Shown one piece after another: positions 1 through 9,182 of a DNA stretch of 64,000 nucleotides. This stretch comes from an uncultured Candidatus Saccharibacteria bacterium (GTDB lineage: Bacteria > Patescibacteriota > Saccharimonadia > Saccharimonadales > CAYUUR01): positions 13,001-77,000 of the forward strand of contig CAZEBF010000001.1 of NCBI GenBank assembly GCA_964510235.1. Direction: 5' to 3'. The translations under genes were made by a program, and so were the position numbers. Numbering within the stretch: the first letter of the stretch is position 1; every line of letters begins with the position of its first letter. Below the pieces are notes generated by a model. The model was not told the DNA's origin. It ran no database searches and saw nothing but the letters and a program-made list of their open reading frames with translations.

Positions 1-1574
1 TTGTCGGTGACATCAAAGACGTCCATGTACTTGCCAAACATCAGTCGCGTCTGCGAATACAGCCCCGACATGCCGTTATACAGGATGGTGGTGACCGGGA
101 ACAGGATGTATTGCAGCAGCATGAACACCGTGCGGTGTGGTTTGTAGCGCTTCGGTCGCGGTGGCAGCAAACGCAAGCTCAAATACACGGTCACAAATAG
201 ACCGAGCATGGCCAGCGTCTGGATGCGACTAACCAAAAATGGCAGCTGGTTGGCAGCAATGCTGTCTGGATTGATTAACAGTGGTATGAAGCCAGCAAAA
301 GCCAGAATCATCGGTGAAGTCGCCCAAGACACATGGCCTTCAAGCAAACGTCCAAATTTGGTTACTAGATCCCATCGGTCGACCTGGTTTGGCGTAAAAA
401 AGCCCTTCTCTGCCACGTATGCCACATCGGAGGCGCCGTAAGCCCAGCGACGCAACTGCACAAACTGTGCTTTGAGCGTTTTCCAGTAGGTCGAGGAAAT
501 AACCGCGTCTTGATAGATCGGCAGATAAAGCGGATAGACCTCGTGGCGACCTTCGTAACGGAAGTAGGTTCGCCAGAACTGGTGACCGTCTTCTACCACG
601 GTGCGCACACTCCAGTAATCTGTATCGATGAGTGACTGCAAACACTGTGCGTGTGACGAAAAGTTACGAATCATGTGTGGACGAATCGACAAGACAACGT
701 TCCAGAAGGTATTACCGGTGGCGATAACTCGACTCGGTGCTGGCGCGTCCCAGATATTGTTAGTGAAGACAGGTATTGGCTGGTATGAAACATACAACGG
801 ATCTGGCGTTACAGAATAGAGGTAGCTAAGAGCGTTCAGATAATGTTTGTGCGGATGGTTATCAGAATCGAGCGTGGTCACAATCACCTTTAGCGGGTCA
901 AGTTGCTGAGCCCGTACATAGTCGGTCAGCTTTCTGGCCGCATACGTGATGTTCGGGCCCTTACCAATGACTTCATTTGGGATATCACGCGGGTGTTTAC
1001 TGATCATCATGTGCTTAAAGCGTTTACTGTAGCGTTTGAGGAGTTTATGCGCGAGTTCTTCAGTAGCTGGGCCACCTCGCTCCTCATATGCATGCACAAT
1101 AATAACCTTATCCATGTCGTATTCAGAGGCCAGAATTGACTCATACGTTGGTACCAAAACGTCTTCATCTTCATTGTATGTGGCAATAACAATTGCGTGC
1201 GTTACCTCGCCTGGAGAGATGCGAGCTTCTTTGACACGCATACGCAGCAAGTTGTCATAGTGCCACTTGGGACGCTTTACGGTAGCCGGTACTTCTTCGC
1301 CAGTCTGGAGTTCGTGCAACATGGCGGCCCAGTCCAATTTTTGCTGTTGCTCTAGCAAGCGAAAACCTTGGACACTGCGTACATTCAAGCCGACTGCCTT
1401 CACAAACCACATCAGCAAATACGCGATGATCACAAACGCCGCCACCCCTGGACTCAAGAAGCTCAAGATGAACGGCATGGCTAGGATTGTCCAGCTCAAT
1501 GCCCCAGGTAAAATCTCAAACAGACGATAGCGGAAGCCACGGTCTTCTTTATATGGGATTTCGATATTCTTCAT
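1..1574 (-). CDS. Processive family-2 glycosyltransferase, cellulose/chitin-synthase-like membrane enzyme. Partial: the 3' end lies beyond the window start.
   Basis: I translated the minus strand by hand from the ATG at 1574..1572 (MKNIEIPYKEDRGF...). The frame stays open to position 1. It has a DxD-type TLDSDN motif, a QLRRWAYG (QxxRW) motif and multiple TM segments. It is absent from the ORF track because no stop falls inside the window. Confidence 0.75.
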   Translation of the reverse strand, partial: MKNIEIPYKEDRGFRYRLFEILPGALSWTILAMPFILSFLSPGVAAFVIIAYLLMWFVKAVGLNVRSVQGFRLLEQQQKLDWAAMLHELQTGEEVPATVKRPKWHYDNLLRMRVKEARISPGEVTHAIVIATYNEDEDVLVPTYESILASEYDMDKVIIVHAYEERGGPATEELAHKLLKRYSKRFKHMMISKHPRDIPNEVIGKGPNITYAARKLTDYVRAQQLDPLKVIVTTLDSDNHPHKHYLNALSYLYSVTPDPLYVSYQPIPVFTNNIWDAPAPSRVIATGNTFWNVVLSIRPHMIRNFSSHAQCLQSLIDTDYWSVRTVVEDGHQFWRTYFRYEGRHEVYPLYLPIYQDAVISSTYWKTLKAQFVQLRRWAYGASDVAYVAEKGFFTPNQVDRWDLVTKFGRLLEGHVSWATSPMILAFAGFIPLLINPDSIAANQLPFLVSRIQTLAMLGLFVTVYLSLRLLPPRPKRYKPHRTVFMLLQYILFPVTTILYNGMSGLYSQTRLMFGKYMDVFDVTD

Positions 1575-1577
1575 AGT

Positions 1578-1934
1578 TTACTGCAGCACAAGTAGTGCGT
1601 TACTGACAATCAGGGTCAAAACAAGCAGTAAAATGCCAAAGCCCAGGACCACCAAACTGAGCTGACGCTTGAGTTCATAGACCCGCAAACTCAATACTGT
1701 GCTAACCACTAGAATTGCAACTGCAAAGAAGATGAACGACAGCATATCAAGCACCGTTCCCGCTGCAAAAGCGTTCAGGCCAAGATTCTCGCGGTACTGC
1801 ACGATGAAGTCGCCCCCACTGTTGCCACTAAGGCGAAGTAGGACCATCAGTGTCACAAGAATAGCCAAAAAAAGATTGGCGCTCAGTAAAGCTAAGACCG
1901 GCTTGTCATGAAAGTACTTTTTGGGGATTTCCAT
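1578..1934 (-). CDS. Small polytopic membrane protein of 118 aa, possibly an accessory subunit of the adjacent GT2 synthase.
   Basis: The ORF has 3-4 hydrophobic segments. Its stop lies 4 nt from the GT2 start, so the two are probably translationally coupled. Confidence 0.5.
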   Translation of the reverse strand: MEIPKKYFHDKPVLALLSANLFLAILVTLMVLLRLSGNSGGDFIVQYRENLGLNAFAAGTVLDMLSFIFFAVAILVVSTVLSLRVYELKRQLSLVVLGFGILLLVLTLIVSNALLVLQ

Positions 1935-1967
1935 TTCTTCTATTCTAGAACGTTTTACTCGATGTTC

Positions 1968-3170
1968 CTAGTCCTTACCGAGCGTTGCGATAACCGCTGG
2001 TTCTGCCACCAGCGCATCATCTGCATGCAATGCTTGCCGGCCAACTAGCAGCCAGTAGACCAGCACTACAAACCCGAGAACAGCCATAATCTGTACAGCC
2101 CTAAAAGCACCATAATCGCGGAAGGCCCAACCCAGCAAGAAACTCATTGGTATGCTGATAGCTGTACCTGCTGCTGTCACCGTTGAAAGCAACGAGGCGC
2201 GCACACTTGACGGCGTGTTTTCTTGGATGCGTGTCTCTATCTGGTTATCAAGCGCCGACGAAGCCACAATCTGTACCGCAAAGATAATCAAACCAACCCA
2301 GTGATCGACCAAACCAATCAAGATAAGTGGAACCGTACTGGCAATAATCAAAGGAGTTAATCGCGTCCGCAAGCGGTGCGCAATCACACTACCCAGTGCC
2401 CACATAAATGCATAAATTGCCCACAGAATCCCAAGAAATTCTGCGTCACTGGTGTAGCGCAAAATATAGAGCTGCCCAAAGTCTGCCTTGAACAGCTCCA
2501 TCAGCGATAACGAGATCATCACGATTGTTAGGACTCTAAGTAACCGAATGTGGAGTATCTTTTTGGAGGCCGCACCCAACTCCCGCAGGACACGTTCCTT
2601 GCGTTCCAGCTGATGAAAACGTGGCTCGCGAACGGTCAGGAGAAGCGCGATATTTATGAGGCACGGGACAAGCGATATGTAGAATGTCATCTGATATGAA
2701 GATGCCTCAGCGATATAGCCACTCGCAATGTTGGCAACCCCCGCCCCAGCCAGGAACAATCCATAGGCCCAACCAATCATACGACTATAATCTTTGGTCC
2801 GATTTTCTTCGCGTAAGGTGTCGTAGACGATAGCCTGATAACTTCCTTCGACCAGCACATCGTACAGTCCATACAAAAGCATGCTCAGTGCGTACACAGT
2901 CAGTCCGGGGCTGACACCAGCCAACAACGAACTGAGCGCCAATGCAAATGAGCCCAGTATTAACGTGCCCTTACGACTCCACTTATCGGCGAGTATACCC
3001 GTAGGAATATCAAGCAGGAGCGAGCTAAGTAGGGCAGTTGCTGCAGCAAAACCCACCCCAACTTCGTCGATGCCTATCGAGGCCATAAATAACTTTTCAA
3101 TACCGTACCAAAACACCAATCCTGTCAGGAAGTTACTCAGCAGCAGTTTTTGGATTTGTGTTAGTCTCAC
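1968..3170 (-). CDS. MFS-family transporter.
   Basis: The 400-aa ORF has about 12 hydrophobic helices and MFS-like loop motifs (GxLaDrxGrk-like DKWSRKG). Confidence 0.65.
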   Translation of the reverse strand: MRLTQIQKLLLSNFLTGLVFWYGIEKLFMASIGIDEVGVGFAAATALLSSLLLDIPTGILADKWSRKGTLILGSFALALSSLLAGVSPGLTVYALSMLLYGLYDVLVEGSYQAIVYDTLREENRTKDYSRMIGWAYGLFLAGAGVANIASGYIAEASSYQMTFYISLVPCLINIALLLTVREPRFHQLERKERVLRELGAASKKILHIRLLRVLTIVMISLSLMELFKADFGQLYILRYTSDAEFLGILWAIYAFMWALGSVIAHRLRTRLTPLIIASTVPLILIGLVDHWVGLIIFAVQIVASSALDNQIETRIQENTPSSVRASLLSTVTAAGTAISIPMSFLLGWAFRDYGAFRAVQIMAVLGFVVLVYWLLVGRQALHADDALVAEPAVIATLGKD

Positions 3171-3202
3171 CAGGCATCCTTTGGCTAGGCTTCTCTAATG
3201 TA

Positions 3203-3277
3203 TGGTGCGGGTAGGGAGAATCGAACTCACCTCTCAGCCTTGGGAAGGCTACATAATAACCACTATACGATACCCGC
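3203..3277 (-). tRNA. tRNA-Gly, anticodon CCC.
   Basis: I folded the reverse complement GCGGGTATCGTATAGTGGTTA...TTCGATTCTCCCTACCCGCACCA as a cloverleaf. The anticodon loop is TTCCCAA and the CCA end is encoded. Confidence 0.85.
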
Positions 3278-3285
3278 ATAAACAC

Positions 3286-3362
3286 TGGAGCCACCTGCCG
3301 GAATCGAACCGGCGACCTACACGTTACGAATGTGTCGCTCTAGCCAACTGAGCTAAGGTGGC
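3286..3362 (-). tRNA. tRNA-Thr, anticodon CGU.
   Basis: The reverse complement is GCCACCTTAGCTCAGTTGG...GGTTCGATTCCGGCAGGTGGCTCCA. The anticodon loop is TTCGTAA and the CCA end is encoded. Confidence 0.8.
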
Positions 3363-3403
3363 ACGTATGATTCGTCAGCTATTATAGCAAAAATGTATCT
3401 CTG

Positions 3404-3431
3404 TTGCTTTATCTCTGAAAAAGTGTATGCT
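3404..3431 (+). promoter_or_regulatory. Candidate sigma70-like promoter for the RRM protein gene.
   Basis: TTGCTT, then a 16-nt spacer, then TATGCT, about 95 nt upstream of the ATG at 3531. Pattern match only. Confidence 0.25.
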
Positions 3432-3530
3432 TAAGCCACAGGTTTCTTACTAGCCGTTCGTTTTACTAACTGTGCTGATAAGATAAAAAGGTCGTCCTGT
3501 GTTAGTTAACAAAGAAAAGAGTTCCATCCA

Positions 3531-3809
3531 ATGGCTAGTAAGTTATTCGTAGGCGGTTTGCCCTACTCTACTACCGATGACGAACTGCAAGATGTTTTTG
3601 CCGCACACGGTAAAGTCCTCTCTGCAAAAGTTATCATGGATCGTGAAACAGGTCGCTCAAAAGGCTTTGGTTTCGTCGAGTTTGAAAACGACGACGAAGC
3701 AAAGGCAGCAATGAAGGCCCTTCATGATTCAGAGCTTGGCGGTCGCCGAATTCTTGTGAACGAAGCTCGTCCACAAGAACCACGTGCCCCACGCAGCAAC
3801 AGCTACTAA
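3531..3809 (+). CDS. RRM-type RNA-binding protein (glycine-poor RNP family).
   Basis: It carries the RNP-2 motif LFVGGL and the RNP-1 motif KGFGFVEF. The 92-aa ORF is followed by a strong terminator. Confidence 0.85.
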   Translation: MASKLFVGGLPYSTTDDELQDVFAAHGKVLSAKVIMDRETGRSKGFGFVEFENDDEAKAAMKALHDSELGGRRILVNEARPQEPRAPRSNSY

Positions 3810-3825
3810 TCGTAGTTGAAGCAAC

Positions 3826-3861
3826 AAGAAGCCCCTCATAACGAGGGGCTTCTTAGTATTT
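3826..3861. terminator. Bidirectional intrinsic terminator between the convergent RRM gene and the small KGG gene.
   Basis: A 12-bp GC-rich stem (aagaagcccctc / gaggggcttctt) with loop ataac. It is followed by agtattt on the plus strand and is A-rich on the other side. Confidence 0.75.
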
Positions 3862-3890
3862 GGGGCTTCGCCGACTCTGTCTTGGTTGGA

Positions 3891-4010
3891 CTAGGATTTT
3901 TTCGAGGGTCGACCGCCGCCATGGCTAGCTTTCCCTCCTCTCCGTGCAATTTCAGTTCGTTTAGCTTTAGACATTGCTGCAAAGCCGCGTTTGGCTGTTG
4001 ATTTGGCCAT
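3891..4010 (-). CDS. 39-aa KGG-repeat-type stress-induced peptide (YciG/GsiB-like), not present in the ORF track.
   Basis: Manual translation gives MAKSTAKRGFAAMSKAKRTEIARRGGKASHGGGRPSKKS. It is preceded by AAAGAGGAGGGAAAT (GGAGG RBS, about 6-nt spacing). The RRGGKASHGGG motif resembles the KGG domain. Confidence 0.5.
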   Translation of the reverse strand: MAKSTAKRGFAAMSKAKRTEIARRGGKASHGGGRPSKKS

Positions 4011-4117
4011 ATTTCCCTCCTCTTTCGTTAATGGCCTTCGTATCATAAGAAATAATCCATTAATCAACTATGAGAAATCTCATAGTTGATAGGCGCAATT
4101 ATGAGCGTTGATCCAAA

Positions 4118-5641
4118 CTAGCGGATGGTTGGGCGGTCAGCTTTCCACTTAGCGACAGCGTTGGTCCAAACGGCTTTGTCTTTAGTAATCTTGAAGCAAC
4201 TTGGTAGCGTGTATGGAAATTCGCCCTCACCAAGCCAAACAAACGTATTATTCTTGCAAGACTTCACTTCTGCGTTTGCAGGGATTGATAAGTTACCGAT
4301 GCTCGACTTTCGGTCAGCCATGAATACATTATTCTCAATTACTAACTTGGGTCCTTTGTCTTTCGCGTACCAACCTTTAAACAACATAGCGAAACCGTAA
4401 TTGCCGTACTTCTCTGGCTTAAACATAGTGTAGTACGGTTTCATGCTCATCAGATTGTTGCGGATTGTCCAGGTGTTATTCTGACCATTCGGATTTATCC
4501 CATCGTACGTTGCAGCACTAAAGCCTGCAAAACAGCCCTCAAACAGTGAATCCTCTGTTATGCCATTATGCAGAAAATCATTTTCGACACAGTCATCATG
4601 TATGTCTGACATATACACGTCCTTGATATGGAAGTTTGCCGCCCGTGACTCCATACGAATACCGTCGCCTTGGTTGTGCGCCCGATAGCCCTCCACCAAG
4701 AAGTCACTCATTCGGATCGTCATCGCACCAGCATGATGATAGTCTTTTGACCACGTAACATCTGGCGAGCGGTCATTCCATGCACCAGTGTACTTACCGC
4801 CGTACCAACAGGCTGGGCCAGCTCCATCGACGCCAATTGCCCATGATACCGGTACTCCTGTTGAGGTCGTACCGTCCCAGTAGGCACGACGAGCGTCGTA
4901 GACGGTGTTTTTAGCGATAGAGTAATCGCGGTATTCTCGTTTTTGCAGATCAGACAGTACTTTTCGCGACCCCTTGCGGTTTAGGCAGATGGAATTTTCT
5001 GCAGTTCTACTGCTTGCTGCTTTGTTGCAGTCAATAAATGATGATGGATTGATAGTCGCAGCCTGGAACTCCTTGAGGGCAGCCTGATATGCAGCGTCCG
5101 TTTTGAAGGTCTTCCTAACTGGTTGGACCGAGTACTGAGGCTTTGACTGGCCAGAACGACTTTGTGCGCTAAACACCAGCTCATCGCCACCACTCTGAGA
5201 AAGTACCAGCTGCATGGCCGTAACTTCACCACCCCACCACTGGGTGTTTGTGGTTGTCCGACCGGCAGACTGTGTAGCCCTCTTTTTCTGATACACCGTT
5301 GCGACAGCTTTAGCATTCATAACACTCTTGGGTTTGGTCGCCAGGATAGTTGCCGTAATCCGGTCGCCACTGACTGTTTTACAAGCATGAAAGGCGACCT
5401 GAGCACTACTTTTTGGGTTGCTGCGAATATCAACCTTGGTGTAACTCGCCGCTTTGGCGGTCAAGTCACGCTGATGATATTGCGAATACAGTGTAATTGA
5501 GACCAACGATACAACTCCGGCGAACAGAACCAGCAGCAATAGTTTTTGCCACACACGAAGCCCGCTTAGACCGCGGCGCCCACCAACCCGCACTTGTTTG
5601 CGTTGAGTTTTTTTGGTTTGAGGTTTCTTGCGTTGTGCCAT
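4118..5641 (-). CDS. Membrane-anchored secreted protein with asparagine-ladder, right-handed beta-helix-like (pectate-lyase-like) features.
   Basis: The N-terminus has a basic stretch followed by a TM helix. The C-terminal half has repeated NNxF/NNTF/NNVF motifs. Confidence 0.35.
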   Translation of the reverse strand: MAQRKKPQTKKTQRKQVRVGGRRGLSGLRVWQKLLLLVLFAGVVSLVSITLYSQYHQRDLTAKAASYTKVDIRSNPKSSAQVAFHACKTVSGDRITATILATKPKSVMNAKAVATVYQKKRATQSAGRTTTNTQWWGGEVTAMQLVLSQSGGDELVFSAQSRSGQSKPQYSVQPVRKTFKTDAAYQAALKEFQAATINPSSFIDCNKAASSRTAENSICLNRKGSRKVLSDLQKREYRDYSIAKNTVYDARRAYWDGTTSTGVPVSWAIGVDGAGPACWYGGKYTGAWNDRSPDVTWSKDYHHAGAMTIRMSDFLVEGYRAHNQGDGIRMESRAANFHIKDVYMSDIHDDCVENDFLHNGITEDSLFEGCFAGFSAATYDGINPNGQNNTWTIRNNLMSMKPYYTMFKPEKYGNYGFAMLFKGWYAKDKGPKLVIENNVFMADRKSSIGNLSIPANAEVKSCKNNTFVWLGEGEFPYTLPSCFKITKDKAVWTNAVAKWKADRPTIR

Positions 5642-5726
5642 GTTTGATATACCTTACCCTTACCATAAGCGGTAAAACAGTAATTGGCAAGCGGCATTTA
5701 CGCTGGATGTTCAGACAGACAGACCG

Positions 5727-6746
5727 CTACGGCTCGATCACGCGCAGCAAAGTGTCAACTGAGTCCTCAAGCGTAAAGAAACGGCAGGCTGTTGCGCGCT
5801 CTTTCTTGCTCACCGTGCCAAGGGCGATGGCTTCCTCGATACCTTCTACAAGATCGGGTGGATGACGTGGTTTTACGAGTGTGAGTAATCCGCAGTTTGT
5901 CTGTGGAATACCACCAATATTGCTGGCAACTACACGGCAACCGGCATGTTGTGCTTCGACAGACAGCATGCCAAACGGTTCACGGAACACCGATGGCATC
6001 AGTAACACATCATGCCTTGCTAGCACCCGAGCCATATCTTTCACGGTAGTTTGTGCCGGTATAATTTGCGCATATGGGTACGCCTTGAGCATGCTCTTAA
6101 GTGTTTTGCCTGACTCGACATTCAGACCAGCTGCAACAATGCTGACCCGCCAGTCGTTTGCGCCGTGTTCATAATTCCGGCGGTGCAAAGTCTCGAGCAA
6201 AGTATAGATGCCCTTTTCGGGGTGCAATCGGCCCGCAAAAATGAGTCGCGGATGCTTGGTTGGTTTTGGGCGATGGATATTGTCGTAGATCGGATCGGCA
6301 AACGGTGCCACCACACGCATATGGCTAACCGGGATTTTCAGAAACAGAGCCCATTGTTGAGCATTATAAAAACTGGTGGCGATGATGATCTTGTCCTGCA
6401 TAGCACGGATGTCATACGCGGCCATTTGTTGCTTGTTAGGGATAACGTTATGAACGATGACGGCAATCTGCTGATTCTTGTTGCGCCGCCCGGCAAAGGC
6501 AAAAAAATTGTTCACGAATATCAGGGTGCCTTCTAGCTTGGCTACGTCGGCTTTACTCTTCACATACAGGAACGGAATGCCTTTGAAATGCTTAGAAAGA
6601 GATAGAGGTCGGCGCGCGCCTACAATTACCACTCGCGCCTCAATGCCGCGCCGCAACAGCTCTCGTACCTGGCCGGCTGTGTACGTCTCTGAACCACCCG
6701 TCCCCGCTAACATTTGCTCTCCAGGTGGCCAGATGAAGTTAATCAT
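5727..6746 (-). CDS. GT4-family (GT-B) glycosyltransferase.
   Basis: C-terminal EPFGMLSVEAQHAGCRVVASNIGGIPQ matches the GT4 E-x7-E region. Confidence 0.75.
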   Translation of the reverse strand: MINFIWPPGEQMLAGTGGSETYTAGQVRELLRRGIEARVVIVGARRPLSLSKHFKGIPFLYVKSKADVAKLEGTLIFVNNFFAFAGRRNKNQQIAVIVHNVIPNKQQMAAYDIRAMQDKIIIATSFYNAQQWALFLKIPVSHMRVVAPFADPIYDNIHRPKPTKHPRLIFAGRLHPEKGIYTLLETLHRRNYEHGANDWRVSIVAAGLNVESGKTLKSMLKAYPYAQIIPAQTTVKDMARVLARHDVLLMPSVFREPFGMLSVEAQHAGCRVVASNIGGIPQTNCGLLTLVKPRHPPDLVEGIEEAIALGTVSKKERATACRFFTLEDSVDTLLRVIEP

Positions 6747-6784
6747 TACAGGCCTAGTATACTCCTGGTCTGAGCAATCTGTAT

Positions 6785-7831
6785 CTATTGTTGTTTTTGT
6801 GCGAGCTTACTACGCAGCACGAGTGCCATGGCGTGAGACCATGCCAGCGGCGTATGAGCGCACTGCTTATTACTGGCGAGATACGACTCAGGTAGTCCGT
6901 TCTCGGTATAAAGGGACTCGGTTTGGTGCAAGTAGTGCCGTGCCTTATCAGTATTACCCAACGCAAAGTGAGCAATACCCAACCACGGCAGACCCATCAC
7001 CCACTGAGGTTCTTCGCCGTCTTTTGCTTCATAGTGATCGCCAACGTAGCGGATCACGCCGTGTTCACGCAGTAGCGTATGCTCAACAGCCTTCACGATA
7101 TCCGCATTCAGGTAGCCGTACGGCCACACCAGAGATAACTGCGCCAAGTCGACTTCATGCAGAACACTCTCGCGTGGAAGTAGATTCTCTAAATTCTCTT
7201 TTGCCGATGCCAGCATGTGCTCATCGTGCTCGCAGAACGCAGCCACGTTTTCGATGCCCTTAATACACGCAGCCAACGATGAGGCATGGAGCGTAGCTTC
7301 TTCTTCCCACATGCCATTGTCGGCATCACGAAAGTACTGACAGGCCTCCAGATAGTTTACAAGCTGCTGGCAAAGCTTCTTCATGGCATCACTAAGTAAC
7401 GATGGATCGGTTTGATACAGTCGGCCAAGTCCAAACAACAGCACACCAACAGCATCGTGCTGTTTATTACTCCACTCACCCTCTACCCGTGCGCCATCAG
7501 TAGTGAAGCGCGGTGGCAGAATGTTCTCTGCTTGTGTGGGATAGGCTTTTCTTTCGAGTAATGTGTGGTACTTGGCAACAATACCACAAAGCGCCTCATA
7601 GACTCGTGCGGCGGCTTTGTGCTGGCCAGCTTCTTGCATCGCCAGCGCAACATAGACGTTATCTCGTATCCAGACATGTTGATAATTCGGTCCGTCTCCA
7701 GCCAAGGACAAGCCGTCTGGAAGCTGCTGAGATCTGATTACTTCTAGGTCTTTGTTTGTGTCATTCATACGACCATCATAGCAAAGATCAAATCTTCTCG
7801 TTCTGTACTTGATGATCTCAATCGGATACAT
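6785..7831 (-). CDS. Glycoside hydrolase with an alpha/alpha-toroid fold, GH15 glucoamylase-like.
   Basis: WIRDNVYVA resembles the GH15 WxRD motif, and there are multiple aromatic-rich helical repeats. Confidence 0.4.
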   Translation of the reverse strand: MYPIEIIKYRTRRFDLCYDGRMNDTNKDLEVIRSQQLPDGLSLAGDGPNYQHVWIRDNVYVALAMQEAGQHKAAARVYEALCGIVAKYHTLLERKAYPTQAENILPPRFTTDGARVEGEWSNKQHDAVGVLLFGLGRLYQTDPSLLSDAMKKLCQQLVNYLEACQYFRDADNGMWEEEATLHASSLAACIKGIENVAAFCEHDEHMLASAKENLENLLPRESVLHEVDLAQLSLVWPYGYLNADIVKAVEHTLLREHGVIRYVGDHYEAKDGEEPQWVMGLPWLGIAHFALGNTDKARHYLHQTESLYTENGLPESYLASNKQCAHTPLAWSHAMALVLRSKLAQKQQ

Positions 7832-7850
7832 TGAGCAAGAGACTGTAGAT

Positions 7851-8339
7851 CTAGTCGTCTACGTCGTCTTGATACCACATATCTTCGTAGTCGACGACAA
7901 TCTGGCCCTCACCAGTGGCGGAGTCGATCACAATATCAGCAACTTCGCCTGGTTCGAGCCAACGCACCTCAACGGACGCCTCCAAGATACCGGCTGCTGT
8001 TAGTACTTCTAGGACTTCATCGCGCTGCGTCATCTCCATGACTTCGCCATCCACAGTCACATCCATGGCACCAGCCACCCACGCTTTTAGCTTTGCTGCG
8101 TCAGCACGAGTAGAGCTGATTGCATCCACTACTGCGGCTAGCTGCCGCAGGTCAACCACGCCATCAGAGTGTGTCATGTATGCGGTCTCTGTGGTGGCAT
8201 CGTACATTCCCACACCCGTACACGTACCGAGTCCGTATGTGGCAATTAATTCACCGTTAGTTGCAGTACCGAACTCACCCATGCCGACTACAACGTCAGC
8301 TTCTGGTGGGATGTATTCGTGGTCGTAGCTATCTGTCAT
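7851..8339 (-). CDS. CheD-like protein-glutamine deamidase-fold protein (standalone).
   Basis: VVVGMGEFGTATNGELIATYGLGTCTGVGMYD ... AYMTHS resembles the CheD core (GLGSCVAV...HxMLP) with Cys and His in the expected positions. No chemotaxis genes are nearby. Confidence 0.3.
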   Translation of the reverse strand: MTDSYDHEYIPPEADVVVGMGEFGTATNGELIATYGLGTCTGVGMYDATTETAYMTHSDGVVDLRQLAAVVDAISSTRADAAKLKAWVAGAMDVTVDGEVMEMTQRDEVLEVLTAAGILEASVEVRWLEPGEVADIVIDSATGEGQIVVDYEDMWYQDDVDD

Positions 8340-9123
8340 GGTTTATTGTAGTGTCTCTTACTTCGGCAAGTATAGATGCAGCATCAAGTGGCGGGCCCCA
8401 TACGGTCGCAGTTGCGCGAGTACGGTGGTGATTGAGAACAGTTACCATGTCTTTATGACTGGTAATGACCGTTGGACCATTTGGCGGCATGCCATCGTAT
8501 AGTGTCCAGCTCGGGTTGAACAGGATTGGTCGGCGCGCCAGTGCAAAGAGTGACTTATCTCCAACCGTATCACCCATATGTACATCTAGCTGACTGGTGT
8601 CACCATCCCGAATCACTGCGTACTCCTCCGCTTTATCAATACTGTAGGCCTCGTCTGTAAAACGCCCGCCGCGATGCACATAGGTACTACCAATTAATCC
8701 AACAAATCCAAGATCTTCTGTGAATGGTTCCATGAGCCACTCGGGCATGAGAGAAATCGAGACGACATTATGCGTGGGCTTGAGCTTTTCAATGATTGCT
8801 GTGGTTATGTTCCAGCGTCGGTGCCTTTGCTGGTTGGCCACGATTTGCGCTGCCTCACCTAGCAGGCTAACCGATTTACCAGGCACTTGGTCAATAAAGA
8901 ACCGGACGAGCTGACCAAGATGCGCATTGTACGTTTGCTCAGTGTTATCACCTTTCCAGGCTTGCTTAGCTGCTGTTACTTCCTGGGGAATTGGATCAAA
9001 CACGCCTTGCTCAGACAGCCACTGCGTATACGTCTCCAGTACAGTCATCTTAAAAACCGTACCATCTAGGTCGAAGGTTGCATCGGGCAAGTTTGGGTTG
9101 ATTCCACCGTTGAGCTCAATCAT
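8329..9123 (-). CDS. HAD-superfamily hydrolase.
   Basis: It has the HAD motifs FDLDGTV (motif I) and GDTVGD (motif IV). It overlaps the upstream CheD-like gene by 11 nt. Confidence 0.6.
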   Translation of the reverse strand: MIELNGGINPNLPDATFDLDGTVFKMTVLETYTQWLSEQGVFDPIPQEVTAAKQAWKGDNTEQTYNAHLGQLVRFFIDQVPGKSVSLLGEAAQIVANQQRHRRWNITTAIIEKLKPTHNVVSISLMPEWLMEPFTEDLGFVGLIGSTYVHRGGRFTDEAYSIDKAEEYAVIRDGDTSQLDVHMGDTVGDKSLFALARRPILFNPSWTLYDGMPPNGPTVITSHKDMVTVLNHHRTRATATVWGPPLDAASILAEVRDTTINHDR

Positions 9124-9182
9124 AGCCTTAATATAGCAAAAAACACTTCAAAACTAAGTGGTTGTGGTTAGTAAAACTGAGG

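Noticed and set aside
208-1530. Several 60-120-aa ORFs in the track (208..441, 340..645, 628..819, 903..1139, 1036..1260, 1267..1530 and others)
   Set aside because: They all lie inside, or antisense to, the long minus-strand GT2 glycosyltransferase frame, which runs from 1574 to beyond position 1. That frame is missing from the track only because it has no in-window stop.
3816-4001. Plus-strand 61-aa ORF 3816..4001
   Set aside because: It runs antisense to the better-supported minus-strand KGG mini-gene, which has a strong RBS. It also overlaps the terminator hairpin.
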